From: an uncultured beta proteobacterium
GTDB lineage: Bacteria > Pseudomonadota > Gammaproteobacteria > Burkholderiales > SG8-41
Assembly: GCA_963802355.1 (NCBI GenBank)
Contig: CAWDIV010000021.1
Span: 41,847 to 105,846, forward strand
DNA: 64,000 nucleotides
Reading direction: 5' to 3'
In this document: positions 8,632 to 18,595 of the stretch, in pieces
Layout of the letters: every line of letters begins with the position of its first letter
How positions within the stretch are numbered: the first letter of the stretch is position 1
Position numbers and translations under genes: made by a program
Notes under the pieces: generated by a model
Seen by the model: only the letters and a program-made list of their open reading frames with translations
What the model was told of the DNA's origin: nothing
The model's database searches: none

Positions 8632-9594
8632 ATGAGATCCATAGTTCGCAGTGGCCCGATCGCATGCGCAATCTGGTTGGCGGTGGCCGCGCCGGCGTAC
8701 GCGCAGTACCCTGCAAAGCCGATACGGCTCATCGTGCCGTTCGCGGCCGGCAGCACAAACGACATCGTGGCGCGCTTCATTGCGCCGCCGCTCTCAGAGG
8801 CGCTCGGGCGGCAGGTCGTGATCGACAATCGGGCCGGCGCCGCGGGCAACATCGGCACCGAGCTTGCCGCCAACTCGCCACCCGACGGCTATACCCTGGT
8901 GATCGGCGGCATCGCCAACGCCGTCAGCATGAGCCTGTTCAGCAAGCCCGGCTATGACTTCGCCCGGGACTTCGCGCCGGTGTCGTGGCTGGTGTCCGGC
9001 TCGTTCATGATGACGGTGCACCCGTCGGTGCCCGCGAAATCAGTGAAGGAACTGATCGCGTTTGCAAGAGCGCGTCCGGGACAGATCAACGTCGCGACCT
9101 CGGGCGCCGGCATCTTCCTGATATCCGAGCTCTTTCAAAGCATGGCCAAGATCAAGTTCTCGAACGTGACCTACCGCAGCACCCCCTACGCCCTGACCGC
9201 GCTGGTGAGCGGCGAGACCTCGGTCGGCTTTCCATCAAGCAGCGCAGCCTCCCCGCACGTCAAGTCCGGAAGGTTACGCGGGCTTGGCGTCACGACCGCC
9301 AAGCGCTCGCCTGTTGCGCCCGACATTCCGCCGATCGCCGAGGTCGGCGTGCCGGGGTACGAAGCGAGCGGATGGTACGGCCTGATGGTGCCGGCGAAGA
9401 CGCCGCCCGAGATCATCGCGCGCCTGCACTCCGAATCGATCAAGGCGTTGAACCGGCCGGACGTGAAGGAGCGGTTCGCCGCCACCGACCTGGAACCGGT
9501 CGGCGCCGGGCCCGAGCAGTTCGCGGCGCACATTCGCAGCGAGATCGACAAATGGGCCAAGGTCGTGAAGGCGACCGGCATGAAGGTGGAGTGA
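8632..9594 (+). CDS. Bug/TctC-family substrate-binding protein
   Basis: MRSIVRSGP... signal peptide, KPIRLIVPFAAGSTNDIVAR, C-terminal EIDKWAKVVKATG; GGAGG upstream of the ATG at 8632. Confidence 0.9.
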   Translation: MRSIVRSGPIACAIWLAVAAPAYAQYPAKPIRLIVPFAAGSTNDIVARFIAPPLSEALGRQVVIDNRAGAAGNIGTELAANSPPDGYTLVIGGIANAVSMSLFSKPGYDFARDFAPVSWLVSGSFMMTVHPSVPAKSVKELIAFARARPGQINVATSGAGIFLISELFQSMAKIKFSNVTYRSTPYALTALVSGETSVGFPSSSAASPHVKSGRLRGLGVTTAKRSPVAPDIPPIAEVGVPGYEASGWYGLMVPAKTPPEIIARLHSESIKALNRPDVKERFAATDLEPVGAGPEQFAAHIRSEIDKWAKVVKATGMKVE

Positions 9595-9667
9595 GGTGTC
9601 AGGAACTTAGAGTTTAGGGTTCCTGACACCTTAACCTCGCACCTTAGAGTTTAGGGTTCCTGACACC
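9595..9667 (+). repeat. REP-like hairpin GGTGTCAGGAAC-N12-GTTCCTGACACC, followed by a 37-nt tandem duplication of its 3' half
   Basis: Starts 1 nt after the Bug stop codon; the same hairpin occurs at 19941-19977. Confidence 0.8.
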
Positions 9668-9718
9668 TTAACCTCGGCCTTCCCGTTCCCCCCGCACCAT
9701 GACCCTTCTCCGACAACG

Positions 9719-11453
9719 ATGAAGAAGAAATCTACGCAGAAGCACATCCCGCTCGGCGATCCCCTTTCCCGCTATTCTCCGAAGCGCGGAGAGCCGAAAC
9801 GGAGCTATCCCGATCTGCACGACCACATATGCCGGCTCGCGCGCGAAGGATTGCTCGTCGTGGTGGACGAACCGATCAACAAGGACACCGAGATGCATCC
9901 GCTGGTGCGATGGCAGTTTCGCGGCGGCATCGAGGAGAAGAACCGCAAGGCGTTTCTGTTTACGCAACCGACCGACGGGACCGGGCGCCGATTCGATTCC
10001 GCGGTGCTGGTCGCGGGACTCGCTGCAAGCCGCGATGTCTACCGCGTCGGCATGGACATGCCGCTCGCCAAGATCGGCCCGGCGTGGATCAGGGCGCTTT
10101 CCAAACCGGTCGAGCCGAAGCTCGTTACCACCGCTGCCTGTCACGAGATCGTGATCCGCGGCAAGGACCTCGACGCTCCCGGCAAAGGCCTCGACGGACT
10201 CCCGGTGCCCATCTCGACGCCGGGCTGGGACAACGGGCCCTACCTGACGGCCGGCCACTACATCACCCGGGATCCCGAGACGGGCATCCAGAACGCAGGC
10301 AACTACCGCGGGCAGATCAAGGCGCGGCGCCGTCTCGGCATGAATCCATCGCTGGAAATCCGGCCCGGTATCTACGTGCACTGGCAGAAGTACAAGGCGA
10401 TGGGAAAGCCCATGCCCTGTGCCGTCGTGGTGGGCGCGCCCCCTGCCGTATCCTATTGCGCGGTGCAGAAGATGCCCGAGCACCTGGACGAGGTCTGGGT
10501 GGCGGGCGCCTTGGCAGGCTCTCCCATGAACGTGGTCAAGGCCAAGACGGTGGACCTGCTCGTGCCGGCCGAAGCCGAGTTCGTCATTGAGGGCCACGTC
10601 AGCACGGAAGAGCTCGAGCCCGAAGCGCCGTTCGGTGAATCGCACGGCTACGTCAACCTGCAGGAGTACAACGCTTTCATGGAGGTGACGGCGATCACCC
10701 GGCGCCGCCAAGCGGTGCTGACTTCATTCATCAGCCAGGTCACGCCGAGCGAATCGAGCACCATCCGCCGGGTGGCTATGGAGCCGGTGTTTCTGAACTA
10801 CCTCCAGACGACGCTCGGCATCCGCGGCGTCATGCGGGTTTCGATGCACGAGCCCTTGACCAGCGTGATCGCCCTGATCGCCATCCAGTTCAGGCGCGAT
10901 ACGCCCAAGACCGAGATCTGGCGGGCGCTCTACGGCGCGGCGAGCCTGCACCGCTATGCCGGCAAGTGGATCGTCGCGATCAACGAGGACATCGACCCGG
11001 AAATGAGCGACGCGCTGTTCTGGGCGATGTGCTATCGGACCCAGCCCCAGTACCGACGTGAAGGTGCTCGACCGCAAGGATCCCGGCCATGGCCCCAGAG
11101 GACCGCGCGATGGCGGGGAATCCGCCGCGGTGCTGATCGACGCCACGTTGAAGGGCGTCTACGCGCCGATCGCGCTGCCCAAGCGGGAGTTCATGGAGAA
11201 CGCGAGGCGCATCTGGGAGCGTCTCGGGCTCGGTGCGCTCAAGCCCGAGCCACCGTGGCACGGTTACGATCTGGGTTACTGGCCGGCCGAGCTTGCAGAA
11301 GAAGCGGCGGCGGCGACGAAGAGCGACTACTTCAAGACCGGGGCGAAGGCCGCGAAGTTACGGCGCCGCGACGTCGAGATGAATACGCCGATCACAAAAC
11401 AAGGCAAGAGTGCACGTGGAGCGCGGGGACCGCGATTTGAACAAGATGACTAA
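9719..11453 (+). pseudogene. UbiD-family (prenyl-FMN-dependent) decarboxylase, frame broken once near 11053
   Basis: UbiD-like for 443 aa up to WAMCYRTQPQ. The expected continuation (DVKVLDRKDPGHGP...IDATLKG...) is in the +1 frame (ORF 11058-11453). Confidence 0.8.
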
Positions 11454-11744
11454 AAACAGGCGGACAATCGAAGAACTCGCAGAGCTTGGATGTTGTTCAT
11501 TGGAGCACGCATAGGCGAGACACCGCGCTTCAGAAGCACAGCGCGCTCTACCAAGCTGGGAAGGCGTGCCAGATAAATCGTCCCCCCGAGGCCGGCAACG
11601 GCTAAGTCAGATCTAACGCGGTATGTCCGCTTACGGTAGAGTCGAGATGTGGCGCGGTGACAGTAGGTTCGGTTTGTCTGTTGCCGCCTCTTTCGTCTGG
11701 CGGTGCCCGAGTAACTTCCCCGTAGCTCCGTTTCCACATCCCGC

Positions 11745-12366
11745 TCATCGAACCGGACATGCAGATCTCCCGCATCCGGCTCTCGGACAAGACGTCACGC
11801 CTTCTTGCGCGTGCAGCGCCCTCTGCAGCTTCTGAACACTCGTCGGAGTTGATAGGGTTGCCCCAATCTCCAGGTCCGTCACCACGTCTTGCGCCTGTCC
11901 TGAACTGAGGTCCCTTCCCTCCACCGGCATTACCCGGCTTCAGCGGGACTACGAACCTCTCCGCCACCCCACGGCGCCCGGCCTGTCCCTCGCGGGCCTC
12001 CGGTTGATCATCGCTGATCACGCCTTGGGGCTTCCCGTGTTGCGGGCGCTTTCCTTGTGTACCTGCTGTCGCCACTACCCCGGCGCAGCGGCTGGGAGCA
12101 CTGCCGTGCTCAAATCTCCCGGCCATGTCAGCCTTCCCCGATAGGGTCGTCGGGTCGGCCTGCGCATCGTCCTTTTCGAGGCTTGCTCGGCCTTCACTCG
12201 CGTTACGGCCTGCACACTCGCGCTGTCACCGTATTTCGTGACACGCTATCCGAAGGCTTCAGCCATTTCGTTTCCTCCATAGCTGCTCCGGTTGCTTCCG
12301 GCTGGAGCCGTGGCCGGGTGGGCCTTGCACCCACTGGAAAAGCGCCGCCTTTGCACGGCGCACACC
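11745..12366 (-). mobile_element. Group II intron remnant (5' RNA domains plus the broken N-terminus of the intron-encoded reverse transcriptase)
   Basis: The minus strand starts GTGTGCGCC about 20 nt after the upstream stop codon. Translations give [15 protein letters not shown] and, in another frame, [12 protein letters not shown]; both resemble N-terminal leaders of bacterial group II intron RT/maturases. No RT domain follows. Confidence 0.5.
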
Positions 12367-12388
12367 CGGAGCTGCCATTCGCGCCCAT

Positions 12389-13387
12389 TTAGTCGATCAC
12401 CCGATCGGCGCGAAACCGGACTGACTGCGGAACCGTGATCCCGAGCGCTTTCGCGGTCTTCATGTTGATCACCAGCTCGAACTTGGTCGGCTGCTCCACC
12501 GGCAGGTCCCCCGGTTTTGCGCCCTTGAGGATCTTGTCCACGAAAGTAGCGGCGCGCCGGTACAAGTCGGCACGGTCCGGCCCATATGCCGCAAGACCGC
12601 CAGCGTCCGCGAATTCCGACCACTGAAATATCGACGGCAGGTGGTTCCTTGCCGCAAGGCCCGCGATCCGTTCCAGATTCGTGGCAATTACTGGTTCTGC
12701 TGTGACGAAAATGGCGCCGGCACGCGCCCGGATTGCGTCTTGGAACGCTTTCTCGAAATCGTTGGGACTCCGTACTTCCAGCGAATGAAGCTGGATTCCC
12801 AACTGCCGTGCCGGGAGTTGAAGTTCTTGCCAACTCGGTGCCGAGCCTCCTCCTTGTGAATTCCAGAGCACCGCCACACGGGAGAGCTTGGGAACAATCT
12901 CCTTGAGCAGCTCCAGCCGTTTTCCGGTCGTCTCGTGGGTCATCTGGGACAACCCCGTGATGTTGCCGCCGGGCCGCGACAGGCTCTCAACCAGCCCGGC
13001 CGCAATAGGGTCGCCCGCTGCCGCTATAACGATGGGGATTGTCGTCGTGGCCTTTTTGGCGGCCGCGGCAGCGGGAGCACTGGAAACGACGATGACGTCA
13101 ACCTTGAGACGGACGAGGTCGGCCGCGAGGCCAGGCAGGCGATCGCTGCTGCCCTCCGCGTAACGGTACTCGATGCTAACGTTCTTCCCCTCTATCCATC
13201 CGAGGTCGCGGAGACCGGACCGGAACGCCTGGAGCCAGAGCGCGGCAATGGAAGGAGAAGATGGCGAGAGCAGTCCTATCCGGGCGGCTCTTGCTGGAGC
13301 TTGAGCGCGTGCCGCGCCTACCCACGCGAGCGCGCCTGCTCCGAGCGCGACGAGTAATTTCCGACGTGTTGTCATCATGCGATCCAA
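12389..13387 (-). CDS. Orphan ABC-type periplasmic substrate-binding protein (ABC_sub_bind-like)
   Basis: 332 aa; Tat/Sec-like leader, RIGLLS...LGWIEGKNV...VDVIV...GGNITG... and the C-terminal PTKFELVINLKTAKALGI-type motif. Confidence 0.85.
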   Translation of the reverse strand: MDRMMTTRRKLLVALGAGALAWVGAARAQAPARAARIGLLSPSSPSIAALWLQAFRSGLRDLGWIEGKNVSIEYRYAEGSSDRLPGLAADLVRLKVDVIVVSSAPAAAAAKKATTTIPIVIAAAGDPIAAGLVESLSRPGGNITGLSQMTHETTGKRLELLKEIVPKLSRVAVLWNSQGGGSAPSWQELQLPARQLGIQLHSLEVRSPNDFEKAFQDAIRARAGAIFVTAEPVIATNLERIAGLAARNHLPSIFQWSEFADAGGLAAYGPDRADLYRRAATFVDKILKGAKPGDLPVEQPTKFELVINMKTAKALGITVPQSVRFRADRVID

Positions 13388-13619
13388 CCGCGTTACCTGC
13401 CCCCATGACTCCTATGACAAGGCGATTCTAACCGTGTCCCAGGGGGCAGAAGTGAGTAGCACTACATTTCGGGGTTGTAAAAAATTCGCATCGGGACCCT
13501 GCTGAAGCAGGGTTGCGGTCGAGCGCTTGGCGAGTGGCCGCTTTTGGCCGAGCCCGTGTGGAAACGCACTTGGTAGATTGGTTTGTCGTGGTTGATCGGG
13601 GCGCAAACAGCGTCTGTTG

Positions 13620-15196
13620 TGAGGTTGCGACGTAACCGGCGCGGTGGTAGAGCGCCCGAGGCGTCTCAATATGCGCCCTCAGGCACCTGCGAGCCGCAAC
13701 GCCCTCATCAATTTGGCCATTCCGAGCAGCCCGATCACGCGCTTCATGTTGTAGGCGAGCACGTGCAGGCTCATCTCGGTGCTGACGTGTTGAAGTCCCC
13801 GGGTCAGGAAGTGCGTTGAGCCCATCCACTGTTTCAGCGTCCCGAACACGTGCTCGATCGTGCGTCGTCGCAGCGTCATTGCTTCGGGTCTGCGGTCGAG
13901 CCGGCGCTGCATAGTTTCCAGCACCGCCTCATGCTCCCAGCGTGTGATGCGTCGATAGCTACTGGTCGTGCATTGCGTCTTGAGCGGGCAGTGCGGGCAA
14001 GCCGATGACCAGTATTTGTGGAGGGTCAGGCCGTGCTCGACCGTTGTGAAACGATGAATGGCACGTTCGCCCGCCGGACATTGGTACTGGTCATCCCTGG
14101 CGACGTAGATGAAGTCCGCCTTGCTGAAACGACCCTCTGCCTTGGCATTGGAGGTCATCGGCTTGGGCACCAGCGGCGCGATGCCGGCCTCAATCGACGC
14201 TTTGATCTCGGGGCCGCTGAAGTAGCCACGGTCGGCCACGGCCTGCAGCCGTGCTTTGCCCATCGCTGATTTCGCTGCCATCCCCATCTTGGTGAGCTGC
14301 GCCCGGTCGCTGCCGACGTTGCTCACCTCGTGCGCCACGATCAGGTGATGCCGGGCATCCACGACTGCCTGAACGTTGTATCCGACAACCCCGGTGCCCT
14401 TGGCCTGGGAGACCATGGAGCGCGCGTCCGGGTCGGTGAGTGAGATCTGTCCGTCGGGCTGCCGCTTCAACTCCTCGCGAATCGTGTCCATGCGCCTCAT
14501 CTGCTCGCGTAAGGTGCTGATCTTCTCGCGCAGCCGCTCGGTCTTGGCTTCGACCTCGGGCGGCTGAGTGCGATCGGCGGTCTCCATCGCCTCCAGGTAG
14601 CGCCGGATGCTTTCGTCAATCTGCTGCTGACGCTTGTCGACTTTGCCTGGGGTGAAGTTGCGGTCTCGGCTGTTGACCGCCTTGAACTTGCTGCTGTCGA
14701 TGGCCACGATGGCCTGCGTGAACAGCTTCAGGTCCCGGCACAACTGCACGAATCGCCGGCACACGTTGCAGATACCAGCGCCGTTGTCGTGGCGGAAGTC
14801 CGCAATCGTTTTGAAGTCGGGTGCCAGTCGACCAGTCAGCCACATCAGTTCAACGTTGCGCTGCGCCTCGCGCTCAAGCCTGCGGCTGGATGCAATGCGG
14901 TTCAAATAACCATAGATGTAGATCTTGAGCAGCACCCTCGGGTGGTACGCCGGCCGCCCCGTCAGCGCTGGGTCGGCGCCAGCAAAGCCCAGCGCCTTCA
15001 GGTCGAGTTCTTCAACAAAGGCATCAACTGCGCGAACCGGGTTGTCCGTGGCGATATAGTCATCGAGACACTCCGGTAGCAGGGTAATCTGCGTTCGGTC
15101 TTCACCTTCGATGAATCGCTTCATATGCCCACCCTGTCTCCATCCCCTTGATGAGCAATGAACGCCTCAGACCTCGTCCCGGTGCACTCAACCTGA
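13620..15196 (-). mobile_element. IS1182-family insertion sequence (boundaries approximate)
   Basis: Single 481-aa transposase; candidate imperfect terminal inverted repeats tgaggttgcgacgtaaccgg (13620-13639) and ccggtgcactcaacctga (15179-15196). Confidence 0.6.
13679..15124 (-). CDS. IS1182-family DDE transposase
   Basis: MKRFIEGEDRTQ...LLPECLDDYI N-terminus, central coiled coil, Cys-cluster (QCPAG...CPHCPLKTQCT) and C-terminal FGTLKQWMG motif. Confidence 0.9.
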   Translation of the reverse strand: MKRFIEGEDRTQITLLPECLDDYIATDNPVRAVDAFVEELDLKALGFAGADPALTGRPAYHPRVLLKIYIYGYLNRIASSRRLEREAQRNVELMWLTGRLAPDFKTIADFRHDNGAGICNVCRRFVQLCRDLKLFTQAIVAIDSSKFKAVNSRDRNFTPGKVDKRQQQIDESIRRYLEAMETADRTQPPEVEAKTERLREKISTLREQMRRMDTIREELKRQPDGQISLTDPDARSMVSQAKGTGVVGYNVQAVVDARHHLIVAHEVSNVGSDRAQLTKMGMAAKSAMGKARLQAVADRGYFSGPEIKASIEAGIAPLVPKPMTSNAKAEGRFSKADFIYVARDDQYQCPAGERAIHRFTTVEHGLTLHKYWSSACPHCPLKTQCTTSSYRRITRWEHEAVLETMQRRLDRRPEAMTLRRRTIEHVFGTLKQWMGSTHFLTRGLQHVSTEMSLHVLAYNMKRVIGLLGMAKLMRALRLAGA

Positions 15197-15388
15197 GATG
15201 TTTTCACACAGCCTCGGCCGGTTCGCGACGAGGCAGAAACCGACCCAAACCCGCCGGTCGCTTATCGGAAAGCGGACGTTCAAACGCGGAGCTAACCGGC
15301 GCTGCGCCGCTTCATTTGCAACGTCCAGCGACTGAAAGGAGCGAGGTTGAACGCCATGTTAGGCGGCATATCTTGCAAACAGGACTGG

Positions 15389-15877
15389 CTATTTGCGGCG
15401 GCAGGGCTTTCCCTCATATTGATGCCGTTGCAACACATATTTCTGGCCGTTCCAGCGCTCAACCGGAAAGCAGAATCCCGGTCCACCGATCTCAATGTCC
15501 GGCCAGCCGCCAACTCCCTTGGTGGTCAGAAAACTGAGGATGCCGGTGCCGTTAGTGATGAGCTTCCAACTGCCGTCAGCCTGTTTGCTGACAAGGCTGT
15601 AGCCGACGCCGGTATTTCCATGGCAAAAAGTGCTGCCTTCGGTGATGACTGCCTCTGGTCGGCCGTCACCATTGACGTCGCGCACTTCCTCGACTGCCCC
15701 GGGCGTGTAGGAGGGCGTGGGGTCGTTACAGGCGCGCCATTGCTTGCCCTTGAGCGCGTAGCCGGCCGCCTTGAACGCGGCGGTCTCGTCAGCAAGTGAA
15801 AGCTTCGCTGACGCGCCGAGCACGGACGCGCAAAACAGCATCATCGGTGCGCTTGCAACCAAGATGTCCAGTCTCAT
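15389..15877 (-). CDS. Secreted hypothetical protein
   Basis: 162 aa from MRLDILVASAPMMLFCASVLGASA (signal peptide); no family recognised. Confidence 0.55.
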   Translation of the reverse strand: MRLDILVASAPMMLFCASVLGASAKLSLADETAAFKAAGYALKGKQWRACNDPTPSYTPGAVEEVRDVNGDGRPEAVITEGSTFCHGNTGVGYSLVSKQADGSWKLITNGTGILSFLTTKGVGGWPDIEIGGPGFCFPVERWNGQKYVLQRHQYEGKPCRRK

Positions 15878-16085
15878 CTGATACCTTCCCTTGGTGTATT
15901 GGCAATACCTGCTCGATTCATTGTGCGCGCTCTCATGTCGTCTGTCCGCATATGTAATGCTGATACGGAGCCATGACATTGGATTGCTATTGTAGCCTTG
16001 GTGCGACCGGCTGCTTTTGGCCGTTTGGCGTCTCTTGTTCGCCGTTGATCGCAACGAAGCATGAGATTGGGATGGATGAAACAAC

Positions 16086-16146
16086 TCACCCGCATCTCGT
16101 CACCCGTATCTCGTCACCCGTAATCGTCACCTGTATCTCGTCACAG
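16086..16146 (-). repeat. Tandem 13-14-nt repeat (GTGACGAGATRCGG, two heptamers per unit), 4.5 units
   Basis: tcacccgcatctcg tcacccgtatctcg tcacccgtaatcg tcacctgtatctcg tcac; begins 8 nt after the stop of the minus-strand monooxygenase gene. Confidence 0.8.
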
Positions 16147-16153
16147 CGGCGCG

Positions 16154-17361
16154 TCAAGTAATAAGCGCCGCCTTCCGCACGCTTTCGATCAGCGAGGTGC
16201 GCAGCAGGAACCGGCGGTGGCGGGCGGGGTCGGCGGCGGTCCGGCGTAATTCCTCGAAGTTGGCAGCGCGCACAGCAGGATCCTTCTCCTCGAGCCGTTT
16301 CTTGTTGTTGACCGTCTGGCTCTGGACGAACTCGATGTTGAGCGGCCGGCGCCGGCGGTCGTAGAGATCGAGCTCGTCGTCCCCGGCGCCATTGCAGAAC
16401 CGGGCAAGGCGCTCCGCCAGCTCTACACCGTCGTGTATGCCGCAGTTCAAGCCCAGCCCGCCGATCGGATTGTTGACGTGCGCGGCATCGCCCGCGAGCA
16501 GCACGCGTCCCTTGCGGAACGTCGCGGCGACGCGCTGGTGCACCTTGTACAGATTGCGGTGCACGACTTCGTACGGCGTCGGCTTCGGAAAGAAGCGCTG
16601 GAGCCGCTCCTGCACGCCGGCGTCGCTCAGCGCTCCGTCGTCGGTCTCGTCGCTGCGCGTGGGAAAGACCACGCGCCATTGGCCCCTGCCGTCGTCGCCC
16701 GCGACCTTGAAGAGATTCGCCCATTCGTCGGGATCGGACAGATAGTTGCGGTAGCAGTAGCCGCGCTCCCCCTCGAAATCGAACGGCGTGGTCAGCACGA
16801 TGAAGCGCTCGGGCCAGGTATAGCCCTCGAACTCGATGCCGAGGCGCTTTCGCACCGTGCTGCGCCCGCCGTCCGCGCCGACCAGGAATGCGCCCTCGGA
16901 ACGCCGTGCGCCCTCCTTCGTTTCGACAGTGACGGCAACGCCGTCGTCGCGCGCGTCCACGCCGCGACGCGCGCGGAAAAATGCACTTCCGCTCCCGGAA
17001 ACGCCCGCAGGCGCTCCACGCGCAAGCCGCGCGAGCTTGTGCTGCTCGAACTGCACGGCGAATGGGAAAGCGCGTGTCCTCGCCTCAGGATCTCGTGATC
17101 GAACTCCGCGATCAGCTTGCCGCTTTGCCGGTCCCGGAACTGGAACTTGCGGGCGGTCAGCCCGCGCGGATCACCTCGTCGGTCAAGCCCGAGATCGGCC
17201 AGCAGCTCCAGCGTCGCCGAGTGGGTGGTCGCGGCGCGCGGCGCCGGGTTGGCTTCCGGCTCGGCCTCGAAAACCGTGACCGGGAATCCGCGCTGCGCGA
17301 GCGCAAGCGCGGTCACCATTCCGACCGGCCCGCCCCCGGCGATCAGCACTCGTTCGCTCAA
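16154..17361 (-). pseudogene. FAD-dependent aromatic-ring monooxygenase, at least two and probably four frame changes within 16957-17085
   Basis: The GGGPVG FAD fingerprint and FDHEIL are in one frame. DTRFP, FPFAVQFEQHKLARL, ERLRAFPGAEVHFSARV and GVDARDDGVAVTVE... alternate between frames. The C-terminal 270 aa (GDAAHVNNPIGGLGLN) are intact. Confidence 0.75.
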
Positions 17362-17402
17362 AGCATTGGAAAAGCTCGAGCGCAAGAACGCAGAGGTCAC
17401 AG

Positions 17403-18427
17403 CTACAGAAGCCAGAACGAATCGCCAGAATGCCTTGATTCTTCGTGTTCTCTGCGCGCTCGTGGCAGGCTGTTTCTTCCTTCGCGGTATCGCGTCCTTG
17501 CGCACGTCCACAGATGCTGGAACTGCGTGGCGACCACTTGCTCGTACGCAACCTCTCCGGAGAGGAGCCCCATGTTGCGGGAAAAATCGTTCAGCGCATC
17601 GACGCTGCGCTTCGAGATCGCGGGATCGTAGAACGGCGCATCGCGCCCGATGAGCTCGGCAATGAGGCCCGCCTCGGTCGCGGGAAACAGTTTCCTGCCC
17701 ACTTCCGTGGCCCGCTCCGGCTCCCCCTTGAGTGCCTGCTGCGCGCGCGACAACGCGCGCACCGCGGCCGCGACGACGTCCGGCTGCTCGTCGATCTTCC
17801 GCTGCGTGGTCACCAGGGCGGGAAACGTGTAGTCGCGCGCTGCAGCCGGCCCGTCGCCGCGCCGCGCATCGAGCACCAGCGTGCCGATACCGTCGCGCAC
17901 CGCGATTTCCGCGCCCATGCCGTTCGCCCAGAAGCCGTCGAGCTTGCCTTCCGCGAGCGCCTTGGCGGCCGCCACGCCGAACGAGACGCCGGCGCCCGCG
18001 GTGCCCGGGACGGGACCGATCTGCACATCGCGCTCAGGGTCGATTCCCGCCTCGACGAGCATGCGCTTCAGCCCGTCCACCGGGCCGGGCGCCGCGCCGA
18101 TGCGCAGCCCCTTCACCGCGCGCCAGGTCGCCGCGTTCGCGCTCGAGGTCCCTGCGCAGGACCAGGAACCAGTACATGTGCTGCGCGAGCGCGGCGAGGA
18201 GCTTGCATCCCTCCCAGTTCCTGAACGCGTAGAGCGGCGCATGCGCGGCGCCCGGCCACGAAGTCGAGCCGGCCGTCGCGCAACTCCTCGTACGTCCGGG
18301 TGACGGGAAACAGCAGCTCGATCGTCGCATCGAGCCCCTCCTTCTTGAAGAAGCCCAGCTCGACCGCGGCGATCGCCGGGAAATACGATGGCGAGACGAG
18401 GTCGGGAATCGCGACGCGCAGCGTCAT
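17403..18427 (-). pseudogene. NMT1/THI5-like (NitT/TauT-type) substrate-binding protein, two frame changes (about 18250 and about 18120)
   Basis: MTLRVAIPDLVSPSYFPAIAAVELGFFKKEGLD...DFVAG (frame a), AHAPLYAFRNWEGCKLLAALAQHMYWFLVLRRDL (frame b), KGLRIGAAPGPVDGLKRML... (frame c). Confidence 0.7.
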
Positions 18428-18443
18428 GCACTAAACCTTTATC

Positions 18444-18577
18444 AGCCACAGAAACACACGGAAAACACGGATAGGACAGTGGAAGAGATTACGTCACCGT
18501 CTCTGCTTGCGTCTTGCGCTAGCGTCTTGAAGGTGTTTCCCTATTGATCTGTGTTCATCTGTGTGATATCCGTGGCT
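18444..18577. mobile_element. MITE-like hairpin element, CACAGATAAA-arm family, copy a
   Basis: Arms AGCCACAGAAACACACGGAAAACACGGATAGG and CTATTGATCTGTGTTCATCTGTGTGATATCCGTGGCT around a unique core. Confidence 0.7.
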
Positions 18578-18595
18578 TGAATCGCATTCCGAGTC

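Noticed and set aside
11040-11065. Programmed ribosomal frameshifting as the explanation for the +1 frame changes (ubiD-like, prpD-like, putA and others)
   Set aside because: There is no shared slippery or shifty motif or downstream structure at the sites. The affected families are not known to use recoding. Most sites look like one-base extensions of short G/C runs, so mutation or sequencing error is simpler.
11501-11570. tRNA-like string on the minus strand (…CCCAGCTTGGTAGAGCGCGCTGTGCTTCTGAAGCGCGG…, with a possible acceptor pairing GGCACGC/GCGTGCT)
   Set aside because: The D-stem has two mismatches, the anticodon hairpin would have a 10-nt loop, and there is no GTTCGAATC-type T-arm. At most it is a decayed tRNA fragment; it is not callable as a gene.
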